DNA from: Girardia tigrina
Taxonomy: Eukaryota
Assembly (NCBI GenBank): GCA_001938485.1
Contig: MQRK01234177.1
Coordinates: 12,923 to 65,466, forward strand
Reading direction: 5' to 3'
DNA length: 52,544 bases
A program made the translations under genes and the position numbers. Numbering within the stretch: the stretch's first letter is position 1; the number at the start of each line of letters is the position of its first letter. This document shows, one piece after another, positions 24,475-36,747 of this stretch. The notes under the pieces were generated by a model, which worked only from the letters and a program-made list of their open reading frames with translations, was not told the DNA's origin and did not search any database.

Positions 24475-25654
24475 ACTTTGCACATTTTGAATGTTTATTA
24501 ATTGGTTTTAGTTTCTTATTTATAATGATTCACAAAAGAGCAACTCATAGTCGTAATCAAAGCCCTTCTGTAAAACAGAAAGCTCATCCTTTGAAACGAA
24601 AGATTCTATTTTTACTATGTAACCAATGATTGACTTACTCGATCGACTCAATTCTGAATGCTCACTAATCCCGGGTTTAAGATGACGATTTGTCTCTCAA
24701 ATGTACAAATTTTTACACCTATGACAATGAAATTTATAAATCACATTAGCTTGCAATCCACCCATCGTTTTCGAGAGGAAGCTTTGAACTTTGGGTGTGA
24801 TTGAAATCAATTCGACACTACTTATATTCTTGCAAGTATTTGTAGTGTCCTCATTTGTTTTAGTAATCATCATCATTATCTTTTAACATTCTATATACTC
24901 TTATACTACATCCTATAATGTTTTCCTTTCTTCTTACAAGTAAAAATTGTCTTTCAAATAGTCATAAACCTTTCTGGCTTCTGTATGAAATAACAAAAGA
25001 TAAAAATAAGTTGACGGAATTCGATTTAGAAAACCAATCACCAAGTCAAAGCACACCATTTTTTAAACTAACACAGAATAAATTTGCCAATATTTATAAA
25101 GGTTAAAATGAATTAAATTTCTGAAAACTTAATTAAAAATACACTAAAAGAGATCAATTTCATTCTAGTAAACAAACCATGGGCAGTTATCGATTGCCGT
25201 TTGAGAAAACGATATAATTACTCGATCATCCCAAACTTTAAAGGTAATGGTAACTGTATAAGTATAGATAGTAAACTTAATTAGTATAAAGGAAATAGAT
25301 ATATTTTAATCACTTTTCTATACTGTACTATAATATAGTATTCTAGAATGAATAAGAAATTAAGTACGATATACCTTTAATAATTAAAAAATTTATTAAT
25401 TACGTTTTGGAGAACTTATAATTCAACATTAAATAGACAACAAAAAAACAAAAACTTCCTTTTAGAATTCTGCGAAACATAGAATGATAAAATGAAAAAT
25501 TGTCAAAATAAGTGACTTTGCACATTTTGAATGTTTATTAATTGGTTTTAGTTTATTATTTATAATGATTCACAAAAGGGCAACTCATAGTGGTAATCAA
25601 AGCCCTTCTGTAAAACAAAAAGCGCATCCTTTGAAACGAAAGTTTCTATTTTTA
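24475..25654 (-). mobile_element. Penelope-like remnant: GIY-YIG fragment between 140 bp direct repeats
   Basis: Direct repeats 24475-24614 and 25515-25654. Minus strand ANVIYKFHCHRCKNLYI*ETNRHL...ISEH at ~24660-24750. Confidence 0.75.
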
Positions 25655-26603
25655 AGTACAAATTGTGGGAATTATTGAAATTGATACGGGATTGCTGGAT
25701 TAACTCTTCTTCTACAAGAGAGGCATTATGAAGCTACCTTCAAAATGGCTACTAATTATACAAAAAAACGGTGCATATTTGAATCCAAGAGGACAATCCG
25801 AAACATGAATTTCACGCCAAAATAATGTATTTCTTTTTCCCCAACCTAATATATATATATATATATATATATTGATCAAACATCACAACCTTTTTATAAA
25901 TACTCAAAAAGGAAATAGAACCACTGTTACAATGCTAAATATTTTTATTTGATCATCACTTATTATGAAAAAAAATATTTAAACATGATTTTGTGTTTCT
26001 TTGAAGACAGTGCGAAGAAAAACTAGTTTGACAAATTTTGTTTATTTTAATTTAAATATTAAAGAAAATTTTCTAAGATTTTAATTACTTTTATAAAACC
26101 CTTAATAGTAAAGTATTAAATGAAAGTAATGGGAAAATAAATTTTTAATTCTTAGTATTTCTTGAGATAAAAAATATTTCCTGAATATTTAAACAGATTA
26201 CTAAAGAAGAGAAAGGATAAAAAAGAATTTTAAGTCAAATTTTAAAGATTCAGTTGAAAAAAATAAAGTTAAATCCGAAAATTTAAAAATTATATTTAAA
26301 TGTATTATTTAATAGTTATTAACTTGACAATGTTTTAAATCTTTATTAAAAAAATATTATTAATCAAATTATACATTTATAAGAACATAAAAAATAAATA
26401 ATCAATAAAATTTTCGAAAAATTAACTTGGGACTAAACATCGACTTAAAATTTTCAGGTCTTATATCTTTCTGTTTCATTTGTAATATAAATAAAACAAA
26501 AATATAAATAAATTTATATAATATTCTACTGATAATATAAAGTAAATTACAAGTGGGACTAATAGTATATAAGAAATAATTGGATTATATTCAAGAAAAT
26601 TAG

Positions 26604-27014
26604 GATTTCAATCCAAAATGAATCATTGTCTTTACAAATACGGTTTGAAAGGCGTTTCTTATGAGATCTTTAAGCAATTATCATGCCAACAATGTCTTCA
26701 TTATTTGGGCTTCGCTCGACAACAGAAATCCAAAAACGAAAGCAAATTCCTGATTGACTCGGATGATGTTAATAATGTCGACAATTTCCAAGAAAGATGT
26801 AATAAGTGGTACAGTTCAGACGATTGTTCCAGACTGTGGAAGTGTTGTTCTGATGCTGATGTTTGTTGCAAAAAACAAATAAATTGGCATAACAACTTTA
26901 CTGGAAATATTTCCATTTGTCCTATGGTATGGGACGGGTTTTCCTGTTGGAATCAAGGATCATTGGGAGAGATCGCCAAACAGAAATGCCCAGACTTTAT
27001 TCTTTTTAAATCGA
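26604..27014 (+). CDS. GPCR exon: Cys-rich extension plus first half of the hormone-receptor domain
   Basis: LWKCCSDADVCC...CPMVWDGFSCW...CPDF. The start is either the acceptor at 26603 or the ATG at 26618. Confidence 0.88.
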
Positions 27015-30000
27015 GTAAATCTTTCACTATTTTAAAGTATTTTTAAATTGAAATTAGTCATTATTGTTAGATGTTAAATTTCATTTTTTATTATTTTCTT
27101 CTGTATACAAAATATTTTTTTCAAAACGATTAATGACAATTATTTTATATTTTTTTAATGTAGAATAATTTTTGCATTCTCTTTATATTTTTTATTTTTT
27201 TCTTAAAAAAAGGAAGAAAATATAAAAAATATTCTATTCATGTTTCATTATTTCTTCATATCCACTTTATTATGAAAAAAATATATTTTTAAAATTATTT
27301 TTATTATTATTATTATTAGCAAATAAAAATTGAATTGACTAAAAATGAAACTAAAATTAATAATAATATTAGTAATTTATAAAAAAGAACAAAGTAATGA
27401 AAATTGCTGTGTAATTAAAATTTTTAATTGATGATACAGTTTGACTGATAAATTCACTTGAATTTGATCAATTAATGAAGAATGTTATGCTTCAAAAGTT
27501 GGATATTATTTTATGTTATTTCAATAATTCGAAGAATATCTTGGGAAATAATTGTGAGGAATATTTTTGAATGGTGTTTATTATATGTTGTGTTTTCTAT
27601 GTTGTTTTTAGGATTGTGTTTCTCCTACACAGATGGAAGATTGATTTTTTAATAATTTGAACCATCGAATTATGCGGAAAAATTTAAAATATAAATAACA
27701 ACTTTTAATTAAAAAAAATGAATTTTAATTAATAAATATATAATAAAACTTTAACCAAAATATTTTAAATCTTTTGGAAAGTTGTGAGGGAAACTTATGA
27801 ATGTTGTGAGTTTGTTGTTTGTATGGTGTTTAGATTGGTGACTCTCCTACTCAGATGGGATTGATATGTTATTGATTGATTACTTGAATCTAATGAGATT
27901 AATTTTAAGTACTAATTAATTAAAAGTTTGATAATTATAAATTTTAATAAAATTTTAGTAAGACAATTTTAATTTATTGAATTTAATATAATTTTAAAAC
28001 TAAAGTTTATTTTAAAATTTACATAGTACATTTTTATCCAATAAAATTTTGAGAAATTAAAAGTTAATATTTTTTATCTCAATAATTATATCAAATATTT
28101 GAATATAGACACAAAAAACATATTAATCAAGAACGATGCTTCCCGCTGATTGTGCTACTGATAATGATTCTGTTTGTGTTGTAAATAAATGTTTTCACGT
28201 AAATTATGATGTTGATAATAAAAGTGATATAAAATATTTTAATAATGGATTGAAACGTAAAAAATTATTTAATCATAAATAATATATTTTAAATTAATTA
28301 AAATATTTTTCAAAATAATTTTAAATTATTTTAGTAAGGAATTGTAATTTAAATTTGTTTGAATAATTAGAGATTTAAATTTATCAATCAAGAACGATGT
28401 CTAACTACGAAAGTTTTGTGGAAAATTGTTCTAGGGGAAATCCGAGTTGTGATGTCAAAAATGTATTGGAAATCATTTTAGTGTTCTTAATAATAATCAT
28501 AAAAAAAGATACTTCTAGAATCCGTAGGTTTAACTATTAAAATAATTCGATTAATGGAATAATAAAATAAAATAAAATAATTCGATTGGAATAATTTTCT
28601 CCAAAAGATCTCTATTTAAATCATTGTAAGTTTCATCCAACACCGACATTCGCTGATCATACAGAAACACTGTACCGTTTATTTGATTATTTCTATTTAA
28701 ATTTTGATCTAAAATCGATTTGAGTTTGATAATATCGACGAGAAGAATTATTTGGATATTTTTTTCGCGAGGAAGGAAACATTAAAGTCATATTATTTTC
28801 CTTCACAACACATTAATCTTTTGCTCTTTCATTCATTATTATTTTTTATTTTTAAAATAAAGGCTTTAAAATTGACATTAAATTCCGTACAACGTGGTTT
28901 TGAACCAGGAAAATTAGTAAACAAATGTCATACTTTTGACTTTGTTTAGCATACGTTATTGCCACAGGAATAATTATTACAAATAGAAAAATTATAAAAA
29001 TACGTATTACAACATAAATAAATAATATTAAATAAATATTCATCATTTTATGTCTTTAAAGAATATTAAAGAGATCCCTAAATAATAATCGTTAAAATAT
29101 TCAGATAAATTTGCCCAAAAGGCTTGCTTACCAAACGGTACATGGCAGACTTCCCTTAATGGAATCGGATGGACGGACTATTCCCAATGCACAGATATTC
29201 AGGTTAATTTTATTTTTTATCTGTTTTCTGAAAAATTCAAAAAATTATGTGTATATTAACCAATTTTAATTTAATTAACATATAATAAAATATTCATGAA
29301 TAATATGCCTAATTACAGATGAAAAATAAAATAAATTCACCAACCCTCGATGTTCTTATCACAATTTTAAGCATACTTTTATTTTTAAATTCAATAAGTT
29401 CTGTTTATTGCCTATAAAAAAAATATTTTAGAAGTTATCGTAAAATTTTATCTTTTTATATTATGTTTTTTATATTGTGCTTATTTAACCTTTTTACTAT
29501 AGAGATAATTTTGAAAAATGTAATGTGTACACATAAAAACATGTAAAACTTATAAATACAGATGCATGATTAACACCGAACTGTTAAAAACTTCGGGTAA
29601 ACGTCGGACAAGGGTCATTTTTACCCTTTTTATTTTTTTCATTTTGTATGAAGATGAGAATCGTATGATCTTCAATAAGTTTATGCTGTAAACAGACAAT
29701 TCAAATCGTTTGTCAACTAAAAAAAATCCAAAATTCAATATTTGAAAATTTTAAATCTGTAAAATTGATACAATATTTACAAATAGTTGTTACAAGTAAA
29801 GTTTTTTTTTGTTTTATGGAACATTTGCCATCGACGAATCTCATGTATTTATTGAAGACATTTTCTATCTTGTTTAAACATCCAAGAATAAACCAGTATC
29901 ATCTTCTTACATCTCAAGAATCTATTGAAGTAGAGATATAATCATTGTTGATAGCCAAAGGTTTCTCTGCTTTTGTTGATAATGGGTTAGTTAATTCCTC

Positions 30001-32073
30001 TACCAGTTCCTCTACCTTGCAGTTACTTCCTTAAATAAAATCCAACTACTGATGGCTGCAAGTTCCTAAATATTTTAAAAAAACTTATCATACCATCTAC
30101 AACATCCACATCTAATAGTTTATATTCTTGTCAATTGATGTATACTCCTTTATGTGTATATTATCATCATCATCTTTCCCAAGGGATGGAAATGCATTTA
30201 CTAAGTATTTTGAGTCTAAAGCTACTGCAAGCCAAACTTTTATGCCAAATTTATATGGATTGTAAAACATATAATTTGTAAATTTGCATCTATCCCTTGA
30301 AAGAAGCTACCGTTCATCAGTAATTAAAGTTGGTTCAGGAAAATACATATAAATACAATTTGTAATAAGAACATTCAATATTTCAGATGTATCTGCTAAC
30401 TTAATTATCATTTAACAAAGTCATAAAATTTCATGATTTTATAATTAATAGAAAAACGGTTACATACATTTGCAACTGAAAATCAATGCTACGGAGTTGG
30501 ACTAAAATTATCCGACTTCGATTCCGACTCAAACTCTTTATTTTTAAAATGAGTGACTCCGACTCCTTTTTAGGTCAATTTACAATATTTATTATTATTT
30601 TGGTCGGAGTCGCAGTCGGTGACGAGTTTCCGTACTCCGACTACGCAGCCCTGCTTAAAATGTATCAGAGTGACTCCTCTGGATGTTTTAGCATTAAGAG
30701 ATACATCTGATACAATTCATGTCAATCATGAAATTACTTTAACAACAGTCGTGATGTAACAAACTTATATTTCGTCGTCCTTTGACAACAATCATTTTTA
30801 AAAGATTAAAATACAAATCAGGAATTTTGAAAATGTATTTTCCAAATAAATAGATTTTAGATAAAAATATAAATTTATATTGTTCATGTAACTTCTCACC
30901 GTTAATTTCAATAAAATAAAAATTTCTTTAATTTACAACTCACATAACACAATATTCCGTTTTCCAAAGAACAACTAAAGACTTTGCAAGATGATGCCTT
31001 AAAAATCTACTTAGAAAATATCAATATAGAATATGTTAAAATGTATGAACTTTAATATCGACATAGAGTTATCATAAATATTGAAAATGTCCGGCAATTA
31101 ATAACTTTTAACTAGAATTAACACAATATTAATTTCTATTAAATTAGATAAAACCCCCATTTTCCCATTTTCCCATAGCGAAGGTTATCGTTTATTTATT
31201 GTCATAGTTTTGTAATAAATTATAAAATATTCAAAAGATTTTATTATAAAACAAAAATAAGAAAGCAAGAGAGATTTATAATTTGTTTTTATTTCTCGTT
31301 TTATACAACCTCCTCAAGAATTAAGAATTAAGAAATTTATGATAAATATTATTGTAATGACCACTTTTATTTTTTACATACTTTATATTTATTTATGTAA
31401 ACAACTTATTAAACTATGTACAATTAAATGTAGCCTATCTCTGTATTTATATAATTAAATACATATTTTTATATATTATTTATTTCATTTCAAAAAACTT
31501 TAAGTTGTATATAATAGTGGAATGTAAATTTTCAAAATAAAGAGAAAATAAAAAAATTCAATTTTAAAATAGCTAATCAATATTTATAATTCCATATTTT
31601 TTATAAAAATCTGGTCAAAAAGAAAACGAAGAAAAGTTCCTCTACAAAAAATTGTTTGAATAATTGTTATTTGTGTTAGAAATAAAATTGGTGTTAATGA
31701 ATTTTAATTTTGATCAATTTACCCAACAGTAGTAAAATATTAAGTTCTAATATTCATAAAACTCCAATCCCTTCGAGAATTCGTAAGATTGTATTTTTTA
31801 ACTTTATAACCTATATTCTATCCCGTTTAATCTTTGATAGTTATTTAAAATAGTTTATTCTTATTAAAATTATAGATTCGATATCTTTATTTTGGTTCAT
31901 TATAAACTTTAGTAAGTGCAAAAGAAGCCTGTATAGAATTTAATTAAAGGTTTATACAATTTCTTTTGTACAGTTATAAAAAACTATTAATTTAATTTGA
32001 AATGAAATAATAATATCGATGAAGTGTTTCAATCTTTTATTTCTCATTTAACCATAACTCATATTTTTCCGTT

Positions 32074-32110
<37 letters not shown>

Positions 32111-32891
32111 TTTTAAAATGTTATTAAAATGATATTAAAATGTGAAAAATGATGAATTATCAAATATATTTTTAAGAGATTAGTCACTTGGCGCCCATAG
32201 AAATCTAAGACATGGTCAGTAAAAACTGTTTTTAAATATTCAATCCGATTTGGATCAAGAAACTTTTTAGAAGGTTATATATTATTACAAGTTATATGTT
32301 AATTTATATCATTGATGCTCCGATAATGTTACTAAAGGTACGGGAAGAATGAGAACACTAAATGAGATCTATTTAAAAAGATATCTTTGATTATATTTTA
32401 TATCATATAAATTACAAACACAAGTACGTTTGATGCTTCATGAATTTATAAAGTATCTTCCTGCCACATGAGAAGTATAAATGTACTCTATAAACATACA
32501 TTTACGTCACATAAGTGTCTTATTGACCGTGTAAAGCTAGAAACAATTTGGAAAATTCTGTATTAAAAAATAACTATTTTGACGTGTTGGAGTATAAATT
32601 AGACAAAAATGAATTATAGAAGTTAAAAATGTCATAAACAAAATAAAATCCATGTTAGATGTTTAAAAATTCTATTGTCCTTCATCATGCTAAGAAATAC
32701 AAAAAAAAGTTGATGTTGATGAAAAATATTTTTTTAGACTGATTTAATATACGATAAAATATTGGCTATAAATTAATATAATAGTTTGTTTTATTTTAGA
32801 ATAACTTAATTCCATTATGGATAGAAATATTTTTCCTGATTATGAGCATATCGGTTGCCGTTCCGGCCATGCTTCTTCTAATTTCCATAGA
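26604..32891 (+). CDS. Class B1 (secretin/calcitonin-receptor-like) GPCR: extracellular domain plus TM1; partial
   Basis: Exons 26604-27014 (CPMVWDGFSCW..G..AKQKCP), 29105-29202 (KACLPNGTW..WTDYSQC) and 32800-32891 (hydrophobic TM1) join in frame at GT-AG sites. Confidence 0.9.
29105..29202 (+). CDS. GPCR exon: second half of the hormone-receptor domain
   Basis: KFAQKACLPNGTWQTSLNGIGWTDYSQCTDIQ. Confidence 0.9.
29790..30400 (-). mobile_element. piggyBac-like transposase remnant
   Basis: Minus strand LITDER...RCKFTNYMFYNPYKFGIKVWLAVALDSKYLVNAFPSLGKD. Confidence 0.75.
30484..30653. mobile_element. hAT-type MITE with (gactcc/ggagtc) repeats
   Basis: Ends caatgctacggagttgg / ccgactacgcagccctg; flanked by near-identical 8-mers ctgaaaat / cttaaaat (likely target duplication). 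Confidence 0.7.
32800..32891 (+). CDS. GPCR exon: TM1
   Basis: NNLIPLWIEIFFLIMSISVAVPAMLLLISI; phase-2 gtaagt donor. Confidence 0.8.
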
Positions 32892-33196
32892 GTAAGTATT
32901 TATTTGTGTTTGTCTTTAATGATGTTAGAAGAATTTATATTAAGAAACAATATTAAATCTTTATAAAAAGCATTTCATTTGCTTGCTAAACTTGAACTAT
33001 CTTATGTTCAATTGCTTAAAATCATTTCACTAGATAACCGTTATAACTTATAACCGTTTCGAGTTTTAAAAATTGGAATTATTTTCTGCAATCTGTTCTC
33101 TTTTTGATCTAATTTTCCATTGAAAAGTGTTGATAAAAAAAATCTGTTGAGTCCGCTATTTAAACTCAAAAAAATAATACGTTTAATAAATACTTA

Positions 33197-33545
33197 CAGA
33201 GATTGGACACAATAAGGGAAACATTTAACATTTTGGCATTATAATCTTGAACATGGGATAAACAATCAAAATTTGACATATTTTAATGTTTTTATCATTT
33301 ATTAATTTTGTTTTGTAATATATTTATTGAAAAAAACGTTTCTCATAAAAATGACAACTCTCTTGGAGCCAAAGAAGCCAAATTGTTGATGCTTGTATGG
33401 CAGGAGCAAGCGTAACAGAAACCGTCCAAATACTTGGTGTTTCAGGATGTATAGTCTTAAACGTTATGAAGGCTTTTGAAAGAGAAACAACGACATTTTT
33501 AGCTAAGCACAGATTTGGATGAAAGTTTAAGTTGTTTTAGAGAGA
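33197..33545 (+). mobile_element. Tc1-like element, 5' fragment (TIR plus N-terminal HTH)
   Basis: ta|cagagattggacacaataag TIR-like end; RSQIVDACMAGASVTETVQILGVSGCIVLNVMKAFE. Confidence 0.65.
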
Positions 33546-33549
33546 CCGA

Positions 33550-34436
33550 TTGAGTCCTGATCAAGACAACGGTCCCTATAAAGATATTAGAATGGAAAGA
33601 ACAAAGAAATCGATACTGAAAGACAAAATTGTGACAAAAATAGATAACAAATATTGGATTCCGAGAACCATAAGGACAGAATTCGTGGAAGACGCTCACA
33701 AGATGCTGTGCCATACTGGTAGTAAAAAGGTTTATAACTATTTGAAAGATGATTTTGATATGGTTAATATGAGAGAGATAGTTAAGGAAATTGTAAAATG
33801 TTGCATAAACTGTCAAAAGAGAAAGACTTTAACCACAAAAACGAAAGAAAGTTTTATGAAACAATTCGCTGATGAACCATTTCAAAAGCTGTATATGGAT
33901 TTTTGCGGACAATCTAAAAGGACTTTAAATGGATATCAATATATATTAGCTATAATCGATCAATTTAGAAGGTATATAAGTCTGAATTCTGTAATTCATC
34001 AAGATGAGAAAACTGCACGGAAGGTACTGCTGGACAGATGGATTTGGAAATTCGGACCACCAAAAGAAATCCATGTTGATAGATGTTTAAATGTAAAGCA
34101 TTCGAATCGAGACTCTTCAAAGACACACTGAAGAGATTTAAAGCAGAAATAATTTACTCCAGTCCTTATCATCACAATACCAGTGGCATCATTGAAAGAC
34201 AATTTAGAACTATTAGAGATACTATGAACATAAGGATAAAAGATCAAGCCCACAAAGATTGGACGGAAATTTTGCCAGAAGTAGAATTTATGATGAACAG
34301 CACAATTCAAGTTACCACAGATATCTCACCAGCAGAAATGATATTTGGTAGGAAGCTAAGACATCGGTGGAAAGATACTAAGAAACAGAGTTGTAATAAG
34401 AAAGAAAAGAGCGAAAATACGATAGAGCCACAGTAA
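33550..34436 (+). mobile_element. Ty3/Gypsy integrase fragment (frameshifted)
   Basis: HKMLCH..CINCQ zinc motif; LYMDF, IIDQF, IHVDR, SSPYHHNTSGIIERQFRTI, SPAEMIFGR. Confidence 0.92.
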
Positions 34437-34949
34437 AAAGCAAAAGACATGAAAGAAGTTATGGATTGGAGCTAGAAGATAGTAGAATTTTGATCAGATA
34501 TGTTGAATGGCTAAAGCCATTTATTTTTGTTTGTGGAATAAGCTTTTTTAGAAAATTCAAATTTGAAATGAGTTTTGAACAGAAGTACAAAAGTAATTTG
34601 TCGACGGATAATTTACTAAACCAGGCGACGAAAAATTCGAACAATAAAAAGACTGATGTATTTTGTATTATGAATTTAATTTAGTATAACTTGGAACCAA
34701 TTTTTATCAACAAAACAAAACAGGCAAATATTCAAATCTTAAAAGAAATGTATATTCACGAAAATCCAATTATTAGAAATCGTTATGATCTAAATTTTCA
34801 ATCAATATTTGATTTAATTCCCGAACGTTATAAGCGTATTAATTATGAGTTGAATCTAACTTATTCTATTTTTAACCATCTCTGTCAAATGACAACAGAA
34901 AATGGTTCGGCAGACGTTATTTGATAGTTTAAATTCCATTTAAATTTTA

Positions 34950-35904
34950 ACGTCAATCTCGGGAGAATAGATTTTCTGTAATTACCCAAGACCTAGGGAC
35001 TCCACACCATCCTCCTGCGCTGATTCTTTGATCACATAGCATTTAATTTTTCGAATTTGATTGCAGTTTTTTTAGGAATGTCCGTTTTGTTTTTGTAGTT
35101 GAAGCATTTGATTTCATCTTTTTGATTCTACATTTTTGAATTAGAAAAGTATATTATCTGATTTAATGTATTTCTCGAGAAATTATTTGCAGGCTTTTTG
35201 GAGAGTTTCTTTTCTTTTTCACAACCTGAGAAAAAGTTTCTTTTCTATTGACTATTGGTTCTTCGTTCTCCTCCTGAACATATTCAAGTTTATGTACAAC
35301 ACTTTTGATGTATTCAATTTTCGTCGTGTCATACGGATAGGGAATTATGAAGTTCTTTCCTGCTTTTCAACTTGTGAGACAATAGTCTGTGCAGAGTCAT
35401 ATCGATTTTCTGGAAATACAGTATCGCTGGATCACTTCCTTTTTCATAATTGAACAAATTAACTAAGTCTTGGGTTAATAAAGAGGGTTTTTCAAAAGCC
35501 GCTTTTAACCGTTCATCATAGTTTGTGATCTTTGGATCCCCTGCTTCTTATATTTAAATCAACTTATCGACCCACTGTCTTTTGACAAATACATTTTGAA
35601 GAGCTTCTTCAATTTTTGAAATTTTGAAAAACGTATTAGAGTCAGTAATAAATTTTTTGATGTCTTGTTGTCCATTGAACGTTTAGGGAATCATGTGATT
35701 GAGGAAATTTGCGTAAGTCACCATGTTAAAAGACAAGACTCAATATATTGAATATCTGAGATACATATACAAATACATTATACATATATATAGGGAAGAA
35801 AAGAATATTCAAATGTTAACTCTGTTCTCGAAACCGTGTTCTAAATTTAATGATTAAATAATTTGTTCTTTACTTAATTTTATCTAATTTTGAAATATCC
35901 AACA
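34950..35904 (-). mobile_element. LTR retrotransposon 5' fragment: ~181 bp LTR (35724-35904), PBS-like site, decayed gag
   Basis: Minus strand TGTTGG...TTAACA is followed directly by TGGTGACTTACG. Gag-like TFNGQQDIKKFI and decayed knuckles IKCFN / IKCY follow. Confidence 0.65.
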
Positions 35905-36747
35905 TTTAGAAATCGATTATCTTCTTTGCATTTTAAATATTTAATTATATTAAACCAGAATACTATTGCTGACGAAATGTTGGGTAAATACAAGAAAAAG
36001 TAATTCAATATTTAAAAGGTTATAAACGTTAAGTTACAACCTTTGTTCCTGTATTAAATAATGATTCAGAAAGTGTATCTCAAGGCAAGGATTAGGAAAA
36101 CCATAAGCAAGATAAATTAATGAAATAATACTTGTTTATAATTAAAGTGCAAATTATTATTTATATATTTCAACAATTAATTAATTATTAGACATTATTT
36201 AATTTGGATTTAAAATATAAATATTATAATATATAAATTATCAAAGTAATAATGTCTAAATTAATTATCCTAATCTCATTTAAATCAAAAAAATAATGAT
36301 ATTTGATGGACTTTTACAGATAATGCTGATTGGAATGGAATTATTCGGATGATTAAATAATGCTGACAAATTAATGGAAGAAGATAATTGTTTGCCAAAA
36401 ATAAATTGGGATAATGAAGAGAGGATTACATAATCCTTTTAGCAACGGGATTCGATGACATTTTGAAGAACTTCAATTCTTCTTCCTGGTGTTTACAGGA
36501 AGGAGATTAATTATAAAAGTCGATTTCAGAAATTGGAAAGGCAGTAGACAGAAGGTCCTTTTTTCCACTGCAAATTGCATAAATGATAGATATTGGGTTC
36601 GTGATTAAAATCCAAAGTTGCAAACTTTATTTCTAATACAACTTTCATTATTCAAACAAATTTATGAGGAACAATATTTCAGTTACATAAACCTGATTTT
36701 CAAATTCTAAATATAACTAATCATATCGATGTGTATATATATACAGT

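Noticed and set aside
32929-32970. GPCR TM2 exon after a 37-bp micro-intron
   Set aside because: In-frame stop within 10 codons and no TM2 motif.
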